IMG/VR virus record: IMGVR_UViG_3300005989_000005
Span: 449 to 64,448 of that record
Source: a virus
Lineage: Duplodnaviria > Caudoviricetes
DNA length: 64,000 nucleotides
Direction: 5' to 3' (one strand)
Part shown: one piece after another, positions 33,711 through 43,144 of the stretch
Numbering within the stretch: the first letter of the stretch is position 1
Layout: each line of letters opens with the position of its first letter
Notes under the pieces: model-generated
Databases searched by the model: none
What the model saw: the letters and a program-made list of their open reading frames with translations, nothing else
Told to the model about the DNA's origin: nothing
Program-made: the position numbers and the translations under genes

Positions 33711-33861
33711 GGTTGTTCCGTCAGCTGTAGAACGTTTGCGTCAGCCTGCTGAAAATCACGCCACAGCGTTGGTTAATGGGGATGTTTCAGAGGTACGAAG
33801 AACTGGCTTAACCCTGTTAGAATTGTTGTATGCTTATGCAGGGTGGGAAGATGAAGAATAA
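33628..33861 (+). CDS. o-spanin lipoprotein
   Basis: Lipobox LLLSAC. Confidence 0.65.
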   Translation: MWKLAQVLLMTLLLSACVSSQTSPPRAEVVPSAVERLRQPAENHATALVNGDVSEVRRTGLTLLELLYAYAGWEDEE

Positions 33862-33878
33862 GGTCGTAGGAGAACTTA

Positions 33879-35486
33879 ATGGCTAAGAAATTTGGTGGTT
33901 TCACCGAACAACAACGAGAGGTCTTAGCCCGGAGAATGGGGTTTAACGGCCCTATGGATCAGTTTGGGAAGTTCTTACAGTCTTCCCCCCAGCACCAGCA
34001 GAAGTTCCTATCATACGAGGATAAAGCTCAGCAGGCCATCCAGCAAACAGCTCCACAACAGCCTAATCCAAAACCCGCTTTTGCAGCTGGTGGTGTGGTT
34101 ACGGGTGGGGACGGGAACGGGCAGTTTATGACCCAGTTCATGCAGAACAATGCAACTCCTCCGCCTGATGGTCCTCCCACTACAACCCCCACAACTGCAC
34201 CTACAACCACTCCGACAACCACCCCTACGACGACACCAGCCGCCCCTACAGGAAGTATGGCTGATGCTGCGACGTGGGGAGGGTCTATCCTAACAAATCA
34301 GCTTATCAATAACCCGGCAGCTAACACCCCTCAGGTGCAAGTTGAGCAGATGCAAACGTCTGCCAATGAAATGCTTAATCCTACGTCTGGGCAGGTGACA
34401 CCTTCGGCTAACGTCACAGCGAGCCAGACAGCCCCTACAGCGCAGGCTCAGGACGTTACAGCCACCCCAGCCCCCCAAGTTACAACAGCCACCTCAGCGC
34501 CCGCTGTAGCCGCTGCTGTGCAGGGTATGCAGGCAGAGCAGGGGACGGTTTCTCAAAACGCTCAGGTTACAGCTGCGACGGCTCTCCCTTCGGCTGATGC
34601 CACAGTGCAGGGTCAGCTTGCTAAGTTGATGCAACAGTTTGAGGGTGGGGAAACCCCAGCTTGGGCTGCTGGTGCCATCCGTAATGCAAATGCCATTATG
34701 GCTCAGCGTGGTCTTGGTGCCTCGTCCATGGCAGGGGCTGCTGTTACACAAGCTGCAATGGAAAGCGCCATTCAGATTGCTGCTCAGGACGCTGCTACGT
34801 TCTCGGGCTTTGAAATGCAAAACTTGAACAACCGCCAGCAAGCTCGTCTTGTTAACGCTCAGTCGTTCTTGCAGATGGACTTGGCTAACCTCGATGCTCG
34901 TCAACAGACAGCCATCTTTAAGAGCCAGTCGATTATTCAGTCTCTGTTCACGGATCAGGCGGCTGAAAATGCTTCTCGTCAATTTAACGCTACGAGTGAA
35001 GCTCAAACTGAACAGTTCTTTGCAAGCCTTAGAACACAGGTGCAGCAGTTTAATGCGTCTCAGTTTAATGCTATGGAGCAGTTTAGGGCTGGACAGACAG
35101 ACTCTGTGAACATGTTCAATCGTCAGATGAACGACGCTACAGAGCAGTTTAACGCTTCTAACCGTCTTGTTATTGATCAATCAAACGCTGAATGGCGTAG
35201 GGCTGTTACGACAGCTAACAACGCCAACGTAAACGAAGCTAACCGTATTAACGCTCAGACAGCCTCTGGTATGACGTTAGCTGCCTATAATAACTTGATG
35301 CAACGTGAACGTGACTTCTATTCGTTTGCCTTCACCGCTGGCGAAAATGCCCTCAATCGTGCAAACGAGTTGGCATTAGCTCAGATGGGTGTTAGTGCTG
35401 CTGCCCGTGAAGCCTCTGCAAGCCGTTCGGCTGGTATGTGGCAGGCAGTGGGTTCGTTGGCTGGGGCCTTAATCTCGAAGTGGTAA
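33879..35486 (+). CDS. Ejection/internal virion protein
   Basis: Q/A/N-rich helical repeats, PTT linker, FAAGGVV motif. Confidence 0.7.
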   Translation: MAKKFGGFTEQQREVLARRMGFNGPMDQFGKFLQSSPQHQQKFLSYEDKAQQAIQQTAPQQPNPKPAFAAGGVVTGGDGNGQFMTQFMQNNATPPPDGPPTTTPTTAPTTTPTTTPTTTPAAPTGSMADAATWGGSILTNQLINNPAANTPQVQVEQMQTSANEMLNPTSGQVTPSANVTASQTAPTAQAQDVTATPAPQVTTATSAPAVAAAVQGMQAEQGTVSQNAQVTAATALPSADATVQGQLAKLMQQFEGGETPAWAAGAIRNANAIMAQRGLGASSMAGAAVTQAAMESAIQIAAQDAATFSGFEMQNLNNRQQARLVNAQSFLQMDLANLDARQQTAIFKSQSIIQSLFTDQAAENASRQFNATSEAQTEQFFASLRTQVQQFNASQFNAMEQFRAGQTDSVNMFNRQMNDATEQFNASNRLVIDQSNAEWRRAVTTANNANVNEANRINAQTASGMTLAAYNNLMQRERDFYSFAFTAGENALNRANELALAQMGVSAAAREASASRSAGMWQAVGSLAGALISKW

Positions 35487-35487
35487 C

Positions 35488-36351
35488 ATGAACTACATGA
35501 ACAGCTTAAAAGCCCTCCGAGCTAAGATGGAAGAAAGCTCTCAGGGTATTCAACAATCAGTAAGTCAGGGGTTGGAATCTTTCATCCCCTCTCGTATGCA
35601 AACAGAAGTTCCTCAGGAAAACACTGAGGACATCATCACTCGGACAGCAAGCTGGGTGTCTGACATTAAGAAGGCTGCATTAGAAATGCAGAAGGCTTAT
35701 CAGACAGCTTCTAAAGGCTCTCAGTCAGCTCCCTCTGCTGGTACAGCTTTTGTTGATGGATTTACCAATGCGTCTTCTAAAGCTAAAGAGGCTGAGACAG
35801 AGGCTGTTGACCCTGAGGTTCAGGCTGCTAACCAAGAGGCTTTTGTGTCTCGTCGTAGCGAAGCCAGCCCTTCTAATTATGCTCCCACACGTCCTACAGA
35901 AATCAACTCGTTTAAAGATGCGATTGACATGACAGAGGGTGGTGGAGACTACGACACGTTGTTCGGCTTTTCTAACCGAGATGGTAAGAAGTTTGCTGGT
36001 AAGCGTGTCAGCCAGATGACCATTGGTGAGATTAAGCAATTTGCTTCTCCTAGTGGAGAGTATGGTCAGTGGGTTAAAGGTCAGGTGGGGCGTGTTGCTA
36101 CACCTATGGGCCGTTACCAGTTTGTTGGCACCACCTTAAAAGCTATGGCCTCTGAAATGGGGCTAGACGATAACACAGTGTTCACCCCAGAAGTTCAAGA
36201 TGCTATGTTTGAACACTATCTGGATAAACGTATCAAGAGTGGTAAGACGATGGATGAGAAAGTGTCTCAGGTTCGTCAGGCTTGGGAGGGCTTTAAGCAT
36301 GTTCCCACCTCTACCCTCAGAACTCTAATTGCTCAACGTGAGGCAGCTTAA
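35488..36351 (+). CDS. Ejection protein with lysozyme-like muramidase domain
   Basis: TEGGGDYDTLFG...PMGRYQF...TL...F..QD...W.G. Confidence 0.8.
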   Translation: MNYMNSLKALRAKMEESSQGIQQSVSQGLESFIPSRMQTEVPQENTEDIITRTASWVSDIKKAALEMQKAYQTASKGSQSAPSAGTAFVDGFTNASSKAKEAETEAVDPEVQAANQEAFVSRRSEASPSNYAPTRPTEINSFKDAIDMTEGGGDYDTLFGFSNRDGKKFAGKRVSQMTIGEIKQFASPSGEYGQWVKGQVGRVATPMGRYQFVGTTLKAMASEMGLDDNTVFTPEVQDAMFEHYLDKRIKSGKTMDEKVSQVRQAWEGFKHVPTSTLRTLIAQREAA

Positions 36352-36869
36352 TGGATTTTATGGGACCAATCCCCGGTATGTCGTTAACTAAAGAACCGGG
36401 TAACGCACCTTGGGAGCAGCCCCCTCTGTATAATACAGTGGAAGAATCTCTTGCGTTCTACCTTGAGAAATTTAACGACGAAGAAACTTTAGACGAAATG
36501 ATGTTTGCCCTTGAGGCAGGCTATCCCGTGGATGCTATGGTAAACTTCCTAACCTCGTATAGTGTGATGGAAGGTTATCATAGCGTTGACGTTAAAATGA
36601 TTATTGCTCCCGTTCTTCATGAGTATATTATGAGCCTTGCTGATGCAGCTGGCATTGAATATACAGAAGAGCTTGGCCCCTCTAAAGAAGAGCGTATGGC
36701 TGCACGGGACAAGAAGCGTAGTCAGGTCTTGTTCACCAAGATGATGGAAGAGGGGGGTGATCCTTCTTCTGCTATGGTCGATAAGGCAGAAGACCTTTTA
36801 GAGGGGGAAACTTCCTCAGACGAAAATGAAGAAGATACCCACTCTCCTTTGATTAAACGGAGGATGTAA
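36351..36869 (+). CDS. Conserved hypothetical virion-associated protein
   Basis: PIPGMSLT.EPGNAPWEQPP pattern. Confidence 0.7.
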   Translation: MDFMGPIPGMSLTKEPGNAPWEQPPLYNTVEESLAFYLEKFNDEETLDEMMFALEAGYPVDAMVNFLTSYSVMEGYHSVDVKMIIAPVLHEYIMSLADAAGIEYTEELGPSKEERMAARDKKRSQVLFTKMMEEGGDPSSAMVDKAEDLLEGETSSDENEEDTHSPLIKRRM

Positions 36870-38008
36870 TGGCTAGTGCAGCTGTTGAAGGGTTTGTCAC
36901 AGGTTTTGCTGGGACACTGGCTCAAAATGTAATTGAGAATAAGCAACGTGCCCGTGACTACTTTGATAAACAAGTTGAGTTCGCTCGTACGAAAGGTTTG
37001 GAAAACCGTAACCGCGTACGTGAAACCGTCAACACTAATATATCTATTGCACGTCAGCTTGAAGCTGTGGGTGTCCCTAAAGAAGTGATTATGGCTCAGG
37101 TCAACCAAGACCCGGCTGGCCTTAGCTCTTTCTACGAACAAGCAGAGAAGATTAGGGCGTCCACAGGTAAAGACTTCACCCCCGAGGAATGGAAAGCCAT
37201 CTTCAAGGTAGCTGGTGATTTTAAAGCTCCTGACGAAGACATTGCTACGTTTATCTCTCGTACCTACGACCCCATTGCTAATGCAGCCTCTGAGCCTGAT
37301 TTTGCTGATGATCCAGAAGGAACCCTCATCTCTCGTATGATGGGCTTCAACGCTATGGATCAAGCTCGTGCTCGTCTTGGTGAGACAGTGGTTGCTGATG
37401 GTTTGACAGCTGACGAACTTGTACGTTATGGTGACGTACAGCCTCAGCGTGTTGGCGGTAATGCTGTAGTGACGACCAACTACGGAGCTATTCCGGGACG
37501 AGAGGGTTCTAGCGACCTCTCCATCTCTGAGACAAGCGCCCTTCTTAAGGTGGTTGACGAACAAGTTAGCACCGCTATTGGAATGCTTGAATCAGCTGGT
37601 GGGTTGGCCGAAGGTGCAGACCTTACTGCGACCCGTGATGAGGTGGTGCAAGAAATTGCTACTCTCTACCCCCAAGCCTCTGTAGCAGACATTCAACGTA
37701 TGGCTGATAATGCCATTCGTAAGCGTCGTTATAACGTAGACACAGGGGAAGAGCCGGGATTGCCCGTAGGAGAGCCTGAGGAGGCCGTAGAAGCCCCTGT
37801 AGAGGCTCCGGTAGGGGAGACTAGCCCAGAACCGACTATGCCCTCTGAGGCCCCTCCTACGGCCTCTACGACCCCAGAGGTTATTACCACTGGTGATGGG
37901 GTTCAACTCACCCTTGTGAGGGACAACGACGATGGTACATCCACGTACATGGACCCTGACGGAAATGAATATCGAATTGCCACAGACTTGGCAAGACAAC
38001 AACAATAA
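36869..38008 (+). CDS. Ejection/internal virion protein
   Basis: GFVTGFAG amphipathic N-terminus; position. Confidence 0.65.
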   Translation: MASAAVEGFVTGFAGTLAQNVIENKQRARDYFDKQVEFARTKGLENRNRVRETVNTNISIARQLEAVGVPKEVIMAQVNQDPAGLSSFYEQAEKIRASTGKDFTPEEWKAIFKVAGDFKAPDEDIATFISRTYDPIANAASEPDFADDPEGTLISRMMGFNAMDQARARLGETVVADGLTADELVRYGDVQPQRVGGNAVVTTNYGAIPGREGSSDLSISETSALLKVVDEQVSTAIGMLESAGGLAEGADLTATRDEVVQEIATLYPQASVADIQRMADNAIRKRRYNVDTGEEPGLPVGEPEEAVEAPVEAPVGETSPEPTMPSEAPPTASTTPEVITTGDGVQLTLVRDNDDGTSTYMDPDGNEYRIATDLARQQQ

Positions 38009-41000
38009 TGGAGACCCCCTTGGCCCTCACTCTTGAAGAACTTCTTAAGCAGACAGAGCAGAGAAACCAAGGGGCAGCTCCCGCTATAACCCCTGCCCCT
38101 ACAGCTCCTCGTATCCCCACTATTGAGGCGGCTCCTGCTAAACCTACGTTGAATGAGTTGGTGGTAGAGACACAGAAACGTGCCCCCACCCCTCCTGCCA
38201 CTACATCCCTTACAGTGGATGATGTGGTTAATGACCCTGAGCGTCTGGCTAAAATCCGTAAGATGATGTCCACCACTAAGGATGTTTATTACGAGACAGC
38301 TCCTGCTGAGGAGGTTATGGAAGGTTTCATGTCTCACATGCGTTGGCTTAACACCAACGAAGTGTCTACAGCTCGTGAAGCTCTTAACATCACTGTCGCA
38401 GATGAAGATACCAAGGCTGTCTATGGTGAAGCCTATAAAATCTACGACGAGATGGGGAGTATGTTCTCCAATGGGGATGCGTGGAATGGTATGCTCGACT
38501 ATGGTGGGGCTTTCGTAACTTCCCCTAGTTTGTGGCTTGGTGTTGGTATTGGTAAGATTGCCGGGTCTGTTGGGACCAAAGCTGCTGCAAAGACAGCTAC
38601 TACAGTTGCAATTAATGCTGCCACCAAACAGATTGTCCAAAAGTCTGGTGGTGCTGTAGCTACGCAAGCTATTAAGAACGAGCTAAAGAATACGGCTGCT
38701 AAGGCTGCTGCTCGTTACCACATTGGTGGTGCCCTTGCTGCTGAGGCTCCTCTTGCAGCTATGCAAGACTACTTCCTTCAAGACATGCGTATGGACACGG
38801 GGGTTCAGGACGAATATGATTTTATGCAAGGTGCTATTGCAACGGTGGCTGGTGGCGTTGGGGCAATCCCCGGCATCTACACCCTTCGTCGCAGTTCCAA
38901 TTCTACGTTTGCAGAAACAGGGAAACTCCTTGACGAAAGTTTTAAACAAAGGGCGAGAACTTCCGCTAAACGGGCGGCCCCTAAAGTAAAAGCCTCTCTT
39001 GAGAAAGCCCAGCTTGACTGGCTTAAACTGGCAGAAAACGGGATAGGCTTTGAAAACAATGTTCCGTTACAGAGAGAAGTTTTTAATTGGTTCTTTAACT
39101 TTGATGTAGAGAACGGGCTTGCTCGAATCCTGCAAGAGGAGGGGGCCAGTCTCTCTTTTGAAGAGGGTGCATTTACCAGAGACATGTTGGCGTATGCCAT
39201 GAACATGGGTGACGAGAACCTTGAAGCTTTTAATAAGGCCTTTGAACCCCTTGGTGTGACGTTTGGAGAGGCTACGACCATCTTAGCTAACTCTGTAAGG
39301 TCAAAGGGGCAAGATATGAACGTTATCTCTCAGACCTCCAAAATCTTTAAAGAGTTTCGTAATACCTCTGTAGCTAAGAAACATTCAGCTAAAACCCTTG
39401 TAGAGAACGCCACAGAAGAGGCTGCTGACGATGTTGAGCTGTCTGCTGGTAACGTTGTAGGTTATGCTCAGTCGGTGTGGAAGAAGATGCTTGTTTCCAC
39501 CTTCCCCACTACAGCCGTTAACGTGAAAGGCTGGGCTATTGCTCGTAGCGCCTCTGCTATGGCTGATATTGCTCTGGCTGGTGGCCTAATGGGACGCGCT
39601 GGCATTCGTGCTGTGATTGACCCTGCTGGTGCCCTTAAGGATGTAGCTAAGGTGAGGGCCTTGGCCCAGAACCAGACATTCGCCCTTCAAACCCTTATGG
39701 ACCCCTTCCTTAGTGCAGAGGCTTTTATTGCCCTGCTTGAGAAGGCTCCGACCAAGGTTAAGAAGAATATGTCTGGTCAAATCTTTGGTGGGGTGGATGA
39801 CTTCGGCCCTGAGAGGTTTGGTCTTAATCCTAATTCCAAAACTGTTAGTGCAATTGAGAAGACCTCTGACATTGCACAGCGTATCAGCTTGGTCCATGCA
39901 CAGGACACTTTGACGAAAGGTGTCTCTGGTCTTACAGCCCTTGACCGTGAGTCTCGTATTGCCTTTGGTAAAGGCATTCAGCAGCTTATTGAAGATGGGG
40001 AGGTTTGGAAGCTTACAGACGAGATGTGGAACAAAGCCACAACCTCTGTGCTTCGGGAGACATTCTCGGAAGACCTGTCTATGGGCAAGGGGTTCCTTGC
40101 AGGTGCAGCTAAGTTCGTTCAGAACCTGTCGTCTACACCGGGTATCGGCTTTATTGTGCCGTTCGGTAAATTCCTCAACAACACGGTTGCCTTCACCTAT
40201 CGTCACTCTCCCCTTGCCTATGTTGGCGTAGCAGGACGAGTGTTTAAGGGGGCACCTGAGGATGACATTGCTGAGACAGCGGCTCGTGCTACTGTTGGGA
40301 CAATGGCTTTGGCTTACCTTGTCGCAGGTGAGGAAGAGAAGCAGAAGGAAGGCCTTCAATGGTTTGAACGTCGTAATGACGATGGGTCTATTGAAGACAT
40401 CACCACTGTGTTCCCCTATTCCGTCTACTCCCTGATTGGTCGTATGTACCACAACTGGGATAAAGGTGAGGGTATGGACAAAGGACTTGTTGACAGCTTG
40501 CTGCAACAAATTGGTCCTCTAGATGCCCTTGAGACTGTTGCTGCTCCCCCTTTCATTCGTGACTTCACCCGTTACATGACGGATGAGACGATTGATGATG
40601 GAGAGAAGGCCACGTTCTTTGCCACAGTTAAGGACGCTCTTGGCTATGTCGCAGGAACGACAGGGGATATTCTGGCGGGTTACACACGTCCTCTGGACTT
40701 GATGAGCCGTACTATTTCCTATACCAACCCTGAGGCTGGTGGTGGTCTGACTATTGATCGTAAGCAAGCTGAGGGGATTGATAAGTTTACCCTTGGTCTT
40801 ACTCGTTACACCTCTGCCTTCTTCAACTACGCACTTGGTGAAGAGAACGAGTATGGTGTGAGGCTGATGGGTAAGCCTAAGGAGAGTGCTATCTCTCCCG
40901 GTCCTGTTCGTATTCCAAACCCGGCTGGGACTATCGTTGGTACGACGTTGCCCCCTAAGGCTAACAAGATTAATAAGTTGCTTGGTATGGTGGATAAACC

Positions 41001-41400
41001 GCCTTACATGGCTGATAGCTTCACCTCTGGTAATCCTGAGTATGACGCTTTCATCAACAAGACAATCACACCTATGCTAGAGGAAAGGGCAGCTCGTCTG
41101 TTAAAGAACGAGGTGTTCCTTAAAGCCCCTCAATCGGCTAAGATTGATCGTGTTAACACCCTTATACAAGAGACACGTAGGGAAATCCTCAGTCTCTTGG
41201 AAGGGGGTCGTATTGGTGATAGCCAAGACCGTCTTAACAACGAGAGACGAAAGCTTCTCGTAGGAGACCGGGGTGCTAGGCGTAGGGCTATGAAAGCCTT
41301 GGGCATTACCACAGATGAACATAAACTCTCTCTCTTTGAAATCGAGGCCATCAAACGTAGGATGGACCTTGAGGAAGAAGAGTTTGGGAGAATAAAATGA
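38008..41400 (+). CDS. Large ejection protein
   Basis: 1130 aa, last gene of the late arm, Ala/Gly-rich hydrophobic segments. Confidence 0.7.
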   Translation: METPLALTLEELLKQTEQRNQGAAPAITPAPTAPRIPTIEAAPAKPTLNELVVETQKRAPTPPATTSLTVDDVVNDPERLAKIRKMMSTTKDVYYETAPAEEVMEGFMSHMRWLNTNEVSTAREALNITVADEDTKAVYGEAYKIYDEMGSMFSNGDAWNGMLDYGGAFVTSPSLWLGVGIGKIAGSVGTKAAAKTATTVAINAATKQIVQKSGGAVATQAIKNELKNTAAKAAARYHIGGALAAEAPLAAMQDYFLQDMRMDTGVQDEYDFMQGAIATVAGGVGAIPGIYTLRRSSNSTFAETGKLLDESFKQRARTSAKRAAPKVKASLEKAQLDWLKLAENGIGFENNVPLQREVFNWFFNFDVENGLARILQEEGASLSFEEGAFTRDMLAYAMNMGDENLEAFNKAFEPLGVTFGEATTILANSVRSKGQDMNVISQTSKIFKEFRNTSVAKKHSAKTLVENATEEAADDVELSAGNVVGYAQSVWKKMLVSTFPTTAVNVKGWAIARSASAMADIALAGGLMGRAGIRAVIDPAGALKDVAKVRALAQNQTFALQTLMDPFLSAEAFIALLEKAPTKVKKNMSGQIFGGVDDFGPERFGLNPNSKTVSAIEKTSDIAQRISLVHAQDTLTKGVSGLTALDRESRIAFGKGIQQLIEDGEVWKLTDEMWNKATTSVLRETFSEDLSMGKGFLAGAAKFVQNLSSTPGIGFIVPFGKFLNNTVAFTYRHSPLAYVGVAGRVFKGAPEDDIAETAARATVGTMALAYLVAGEEEKQKEGLQWFERRNDDGSIEDITTVFPYSVYSLIGRMYHNWDKGEGMDKGLVDSLLQQIGPLDALETVAAPPFIRDFTRYMTDETIDDGEKATFFATVKDALGYVAGTTGDILAGYTRPLDLMSRTISYTNPEAGGGLTIDRKQAEGIDKFTLGLTRYTSAFFNYALGEENEYGVRLMGKPKESAISPGPVRIPNPAGTIVGTTLPPKANKINKLLGMVDKPPYMADSFTSGNPEYDAFINKTITPMLEERAARLLKNEVFLKAPQSAKIDRVNTLIQETRREILSLLEGGRIGDSQDRLNNERRKLLVGDRGARRRAMKALGITTDEHKLSLFEIEAIKRRMDLEEEEFGRIK

Positions 41401-41442
41401 AAAAGGCCCCGCCCTCGAAAGAGGAGCGGGGCTTATTTATTT
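41399..41442. terminator. Bidirectional terminator between convergent arms
   Basis: A-tract, GCCCCGC-CCTC-GAAA-GAGG-A-GCGGGGC, T-rich tract. Confidence 0.85.
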
Positions 41443-41687
41443 CAAGTTACCTCTAGCATCCAATTATAGTTGTCTTCTAAAGATTCCCACATTGGGGTCT
41501 TGTCGTAGAAAACTAAGTTAGACTTATCACAGGCTAGCACTAATTCTCTAACACCTGCCTCAGGCTCTTTGTAAAAAAGTTTAGCAACCCTGACAATGTC
41601 ATTAAATCTGAGGTGCTTCTTGTCAGGTTGTTCGAGAGTTGCTGCCACCTCTCTTGCCAACTTGTGGAGTTCGCTGTCGTCCATCAC
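41442..41687 (-). CDS. Hypothetical protein
   Basis: 81-aa coupled ORF. Confidence 0.6.
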   Translation of the reverse strand: MMDDSELHKLAREVAATLEQPDKKHLRFNDIVRVAKLFYKEPEAGVRELVLACDKSNLVFYDKTPMWESLEDNYNWMLEVT

Positions 41688-42259
41688 AACCTTTCACTCT
41701 CGAAAGCTGTAATTGTTTTGTTTGATTTAGAGCAGTTTTCGTGTGCTGTCAAAAGTGTTAGATTCCAAGGGACATGCAAACCACAAATACCTTTACCTTT
41801 AAGTGGCACAATATGATCAACATGCCACACTTGGTGGGTTACATCAGATAACGCAGCTCGTATCAAATAAATAAATTGAAGTTTAGCTCTGTCGTCTTCT
41901 GATAGCTTTTTAGTCTGATAACTAATGTTGCGAGACCTTAGACTTTGATACTCTGCGTAACGGTGTTTGTTATTAGCCTTAAAGTTCTTTGACTTGAGTT
42001 TGAACTTCTCTGGATTTTGCTTGTAGGCAACCCTAGATTGTTTTGTTTTTCGTAGCGACTCCTTTGCAAGCCAAGTTGGGTCTTGCTTATTTGTGTGGTA
42101 TTTTTCCTTAGCAAGGGCTTTAACTTTGTCTGGAAATTTTTTATAGTGAGCCTTTACGCAATCTTTGCATCTAGATTGATAGCCAGTTTTTGTCGAAGAG
42201 TTTTTTGAAAACTCCTCACACTCCTTTTCTGATTTACAAGTGCAACAGGTAAGTTTCAT
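41684..42259 (-). CDS. HNH endonuclease with N-terminal Zn finger
   Basis: C..C...F.......G.QSRCKDC; HVDHIVPL...CGLHVPWNL...N. Confidence 0.9.
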   Translation of the reverse strand: MKLTCCTCKSEKECEEFSKNSSTKTGYQSRCKDCVKAHYKKFPDKVKALAKEKYHTNKQDPTWLAKESLRKTKQSRVAYKQNPEKFKLKSKNFKANNKHRYAEYQSLRSRNISYQTKKLSEDDRAKLQFIYLIRAALSDVTHQVWHVDHIVPLKGKGICGLHVPWNLTLLTAHENCSKSNKTITAFESERL

Positions 42260-42984
42260 AACTTTTCTGATTCAAAAGAGATTATCCACTGTTTGCAGAT
42301 GTCACTACGAACAATGTCCTCGATACCAAACTCAATCACTGGGATGTCCATTTGGTATTTCTTAGCAAGGTGGATAATCTTAGATAGACCAGACTGTTCC
42401 TTAATGTCACTCTGTCGTACGTCACCGTTGATGACAACCTTACAGCCCTCACCAATACGAGTGAGGAACATCTTAATCTCTGCTACAGTGGTGTTCTGTG
42501 CTTCGTCTAGAATGACGAAAGCGTTCTTGAATGAACGTCCACGCATAACAGACATTGGGGAGAGTTCAATGTTGCCATTCTTAATCCCCGTCTCCACCAC
42601 GCCTTTACCCAGACGTTCATTAAGGACATCTAAGACAGGGGCTGCCCAAGGACCAAACTTCTCGTTAAGGTCTCCGGGGAAGTAACCAAGGTCTTTGCCC
42701 ACAGACACGTTAGGACGTGTGAGGATGATCTTGTCTACCTGTTTGGTAAGATACATGTTAGCTGCCATACTGGCTGCTAGGAATGTCTTACCTGTCCCTG
42801 AGTAACCACAGACGATGGTTTGAGGAGCTGATTTAAGGGCCTCTAGATAAAGGGCTTGTGCAGCATTAAGAGGTTGTAGGTCGAAAATCTTTCCTACTGC
42901 CTCCTCCCCCGCTTTCTTGTAACGAGAGATACGCTTGCCCCGTGGTTTTTCGAGCATTGTTATTGTCCTTTGGGGTGAGGTCAA
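42256..42984 (-). CDS. phoH: PhoH-like ATPase
   Basis: GYSGTGKT, LTRPNV, GYFPG, MRGRSF, DEAQN, GD.RQSD, IVRS. Confidence 0.95.
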   Translation of the reverse strand: MTSPQRTITMLEKPRGKRISRYKKAGEEAVGKIFDLQPLNAAQALYLEALKSAPQTIVCGYSGTGKTFLAASMAANMYLTKQVDKIILTRPNVSVGKDLGYFPGDLNEKFGPWAAPVLDVLNERLGKGVVETGIKNGNIELSPMSVMRGRSFKNAFVILDEAQNTTVAEIKMFLTRIGEGCKVVINGDVRQSDIKEQSGLSKIIHLAKKYQMDIPVIEFGIEDIVRSDICKQWIISFESEKL

Positions 42985-43144
42985 ACCCCATTTTCTTTTT
43001 TGTTTCTAGCTGAAAAGGTTCCCCACTAGGGCTTAACACTAATGAGGGGCGAACAGCAGCCTCCTCCCAGACTGTAATAGTCTGGGAAGGGCCTTCATCA
43101 TCGTACCAATTACTCACATGTACGGAGACCAGTGGTAGAGTCAT
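42866..43144 (-). CDS. Hypothetical protein
   Basis: Likely start MTLPLV; overlaps both neighbours. Confidence 0.45.
   Translation of the reverse strand: MTLPLVSVHVSNWYDDEGPSQTITVWEEAAVRPSLVLSPSGEPFQLETKKKMGFDLTPKDNNNARKTTGQAYLSLQESGGGGSRKDFRPTTS

Noticed and set aside
34170-34250. ACAACC/ACGACC-type tandem repeats
   Set aside because: They simply encode a Pro/Thr linker in the ejection protein.
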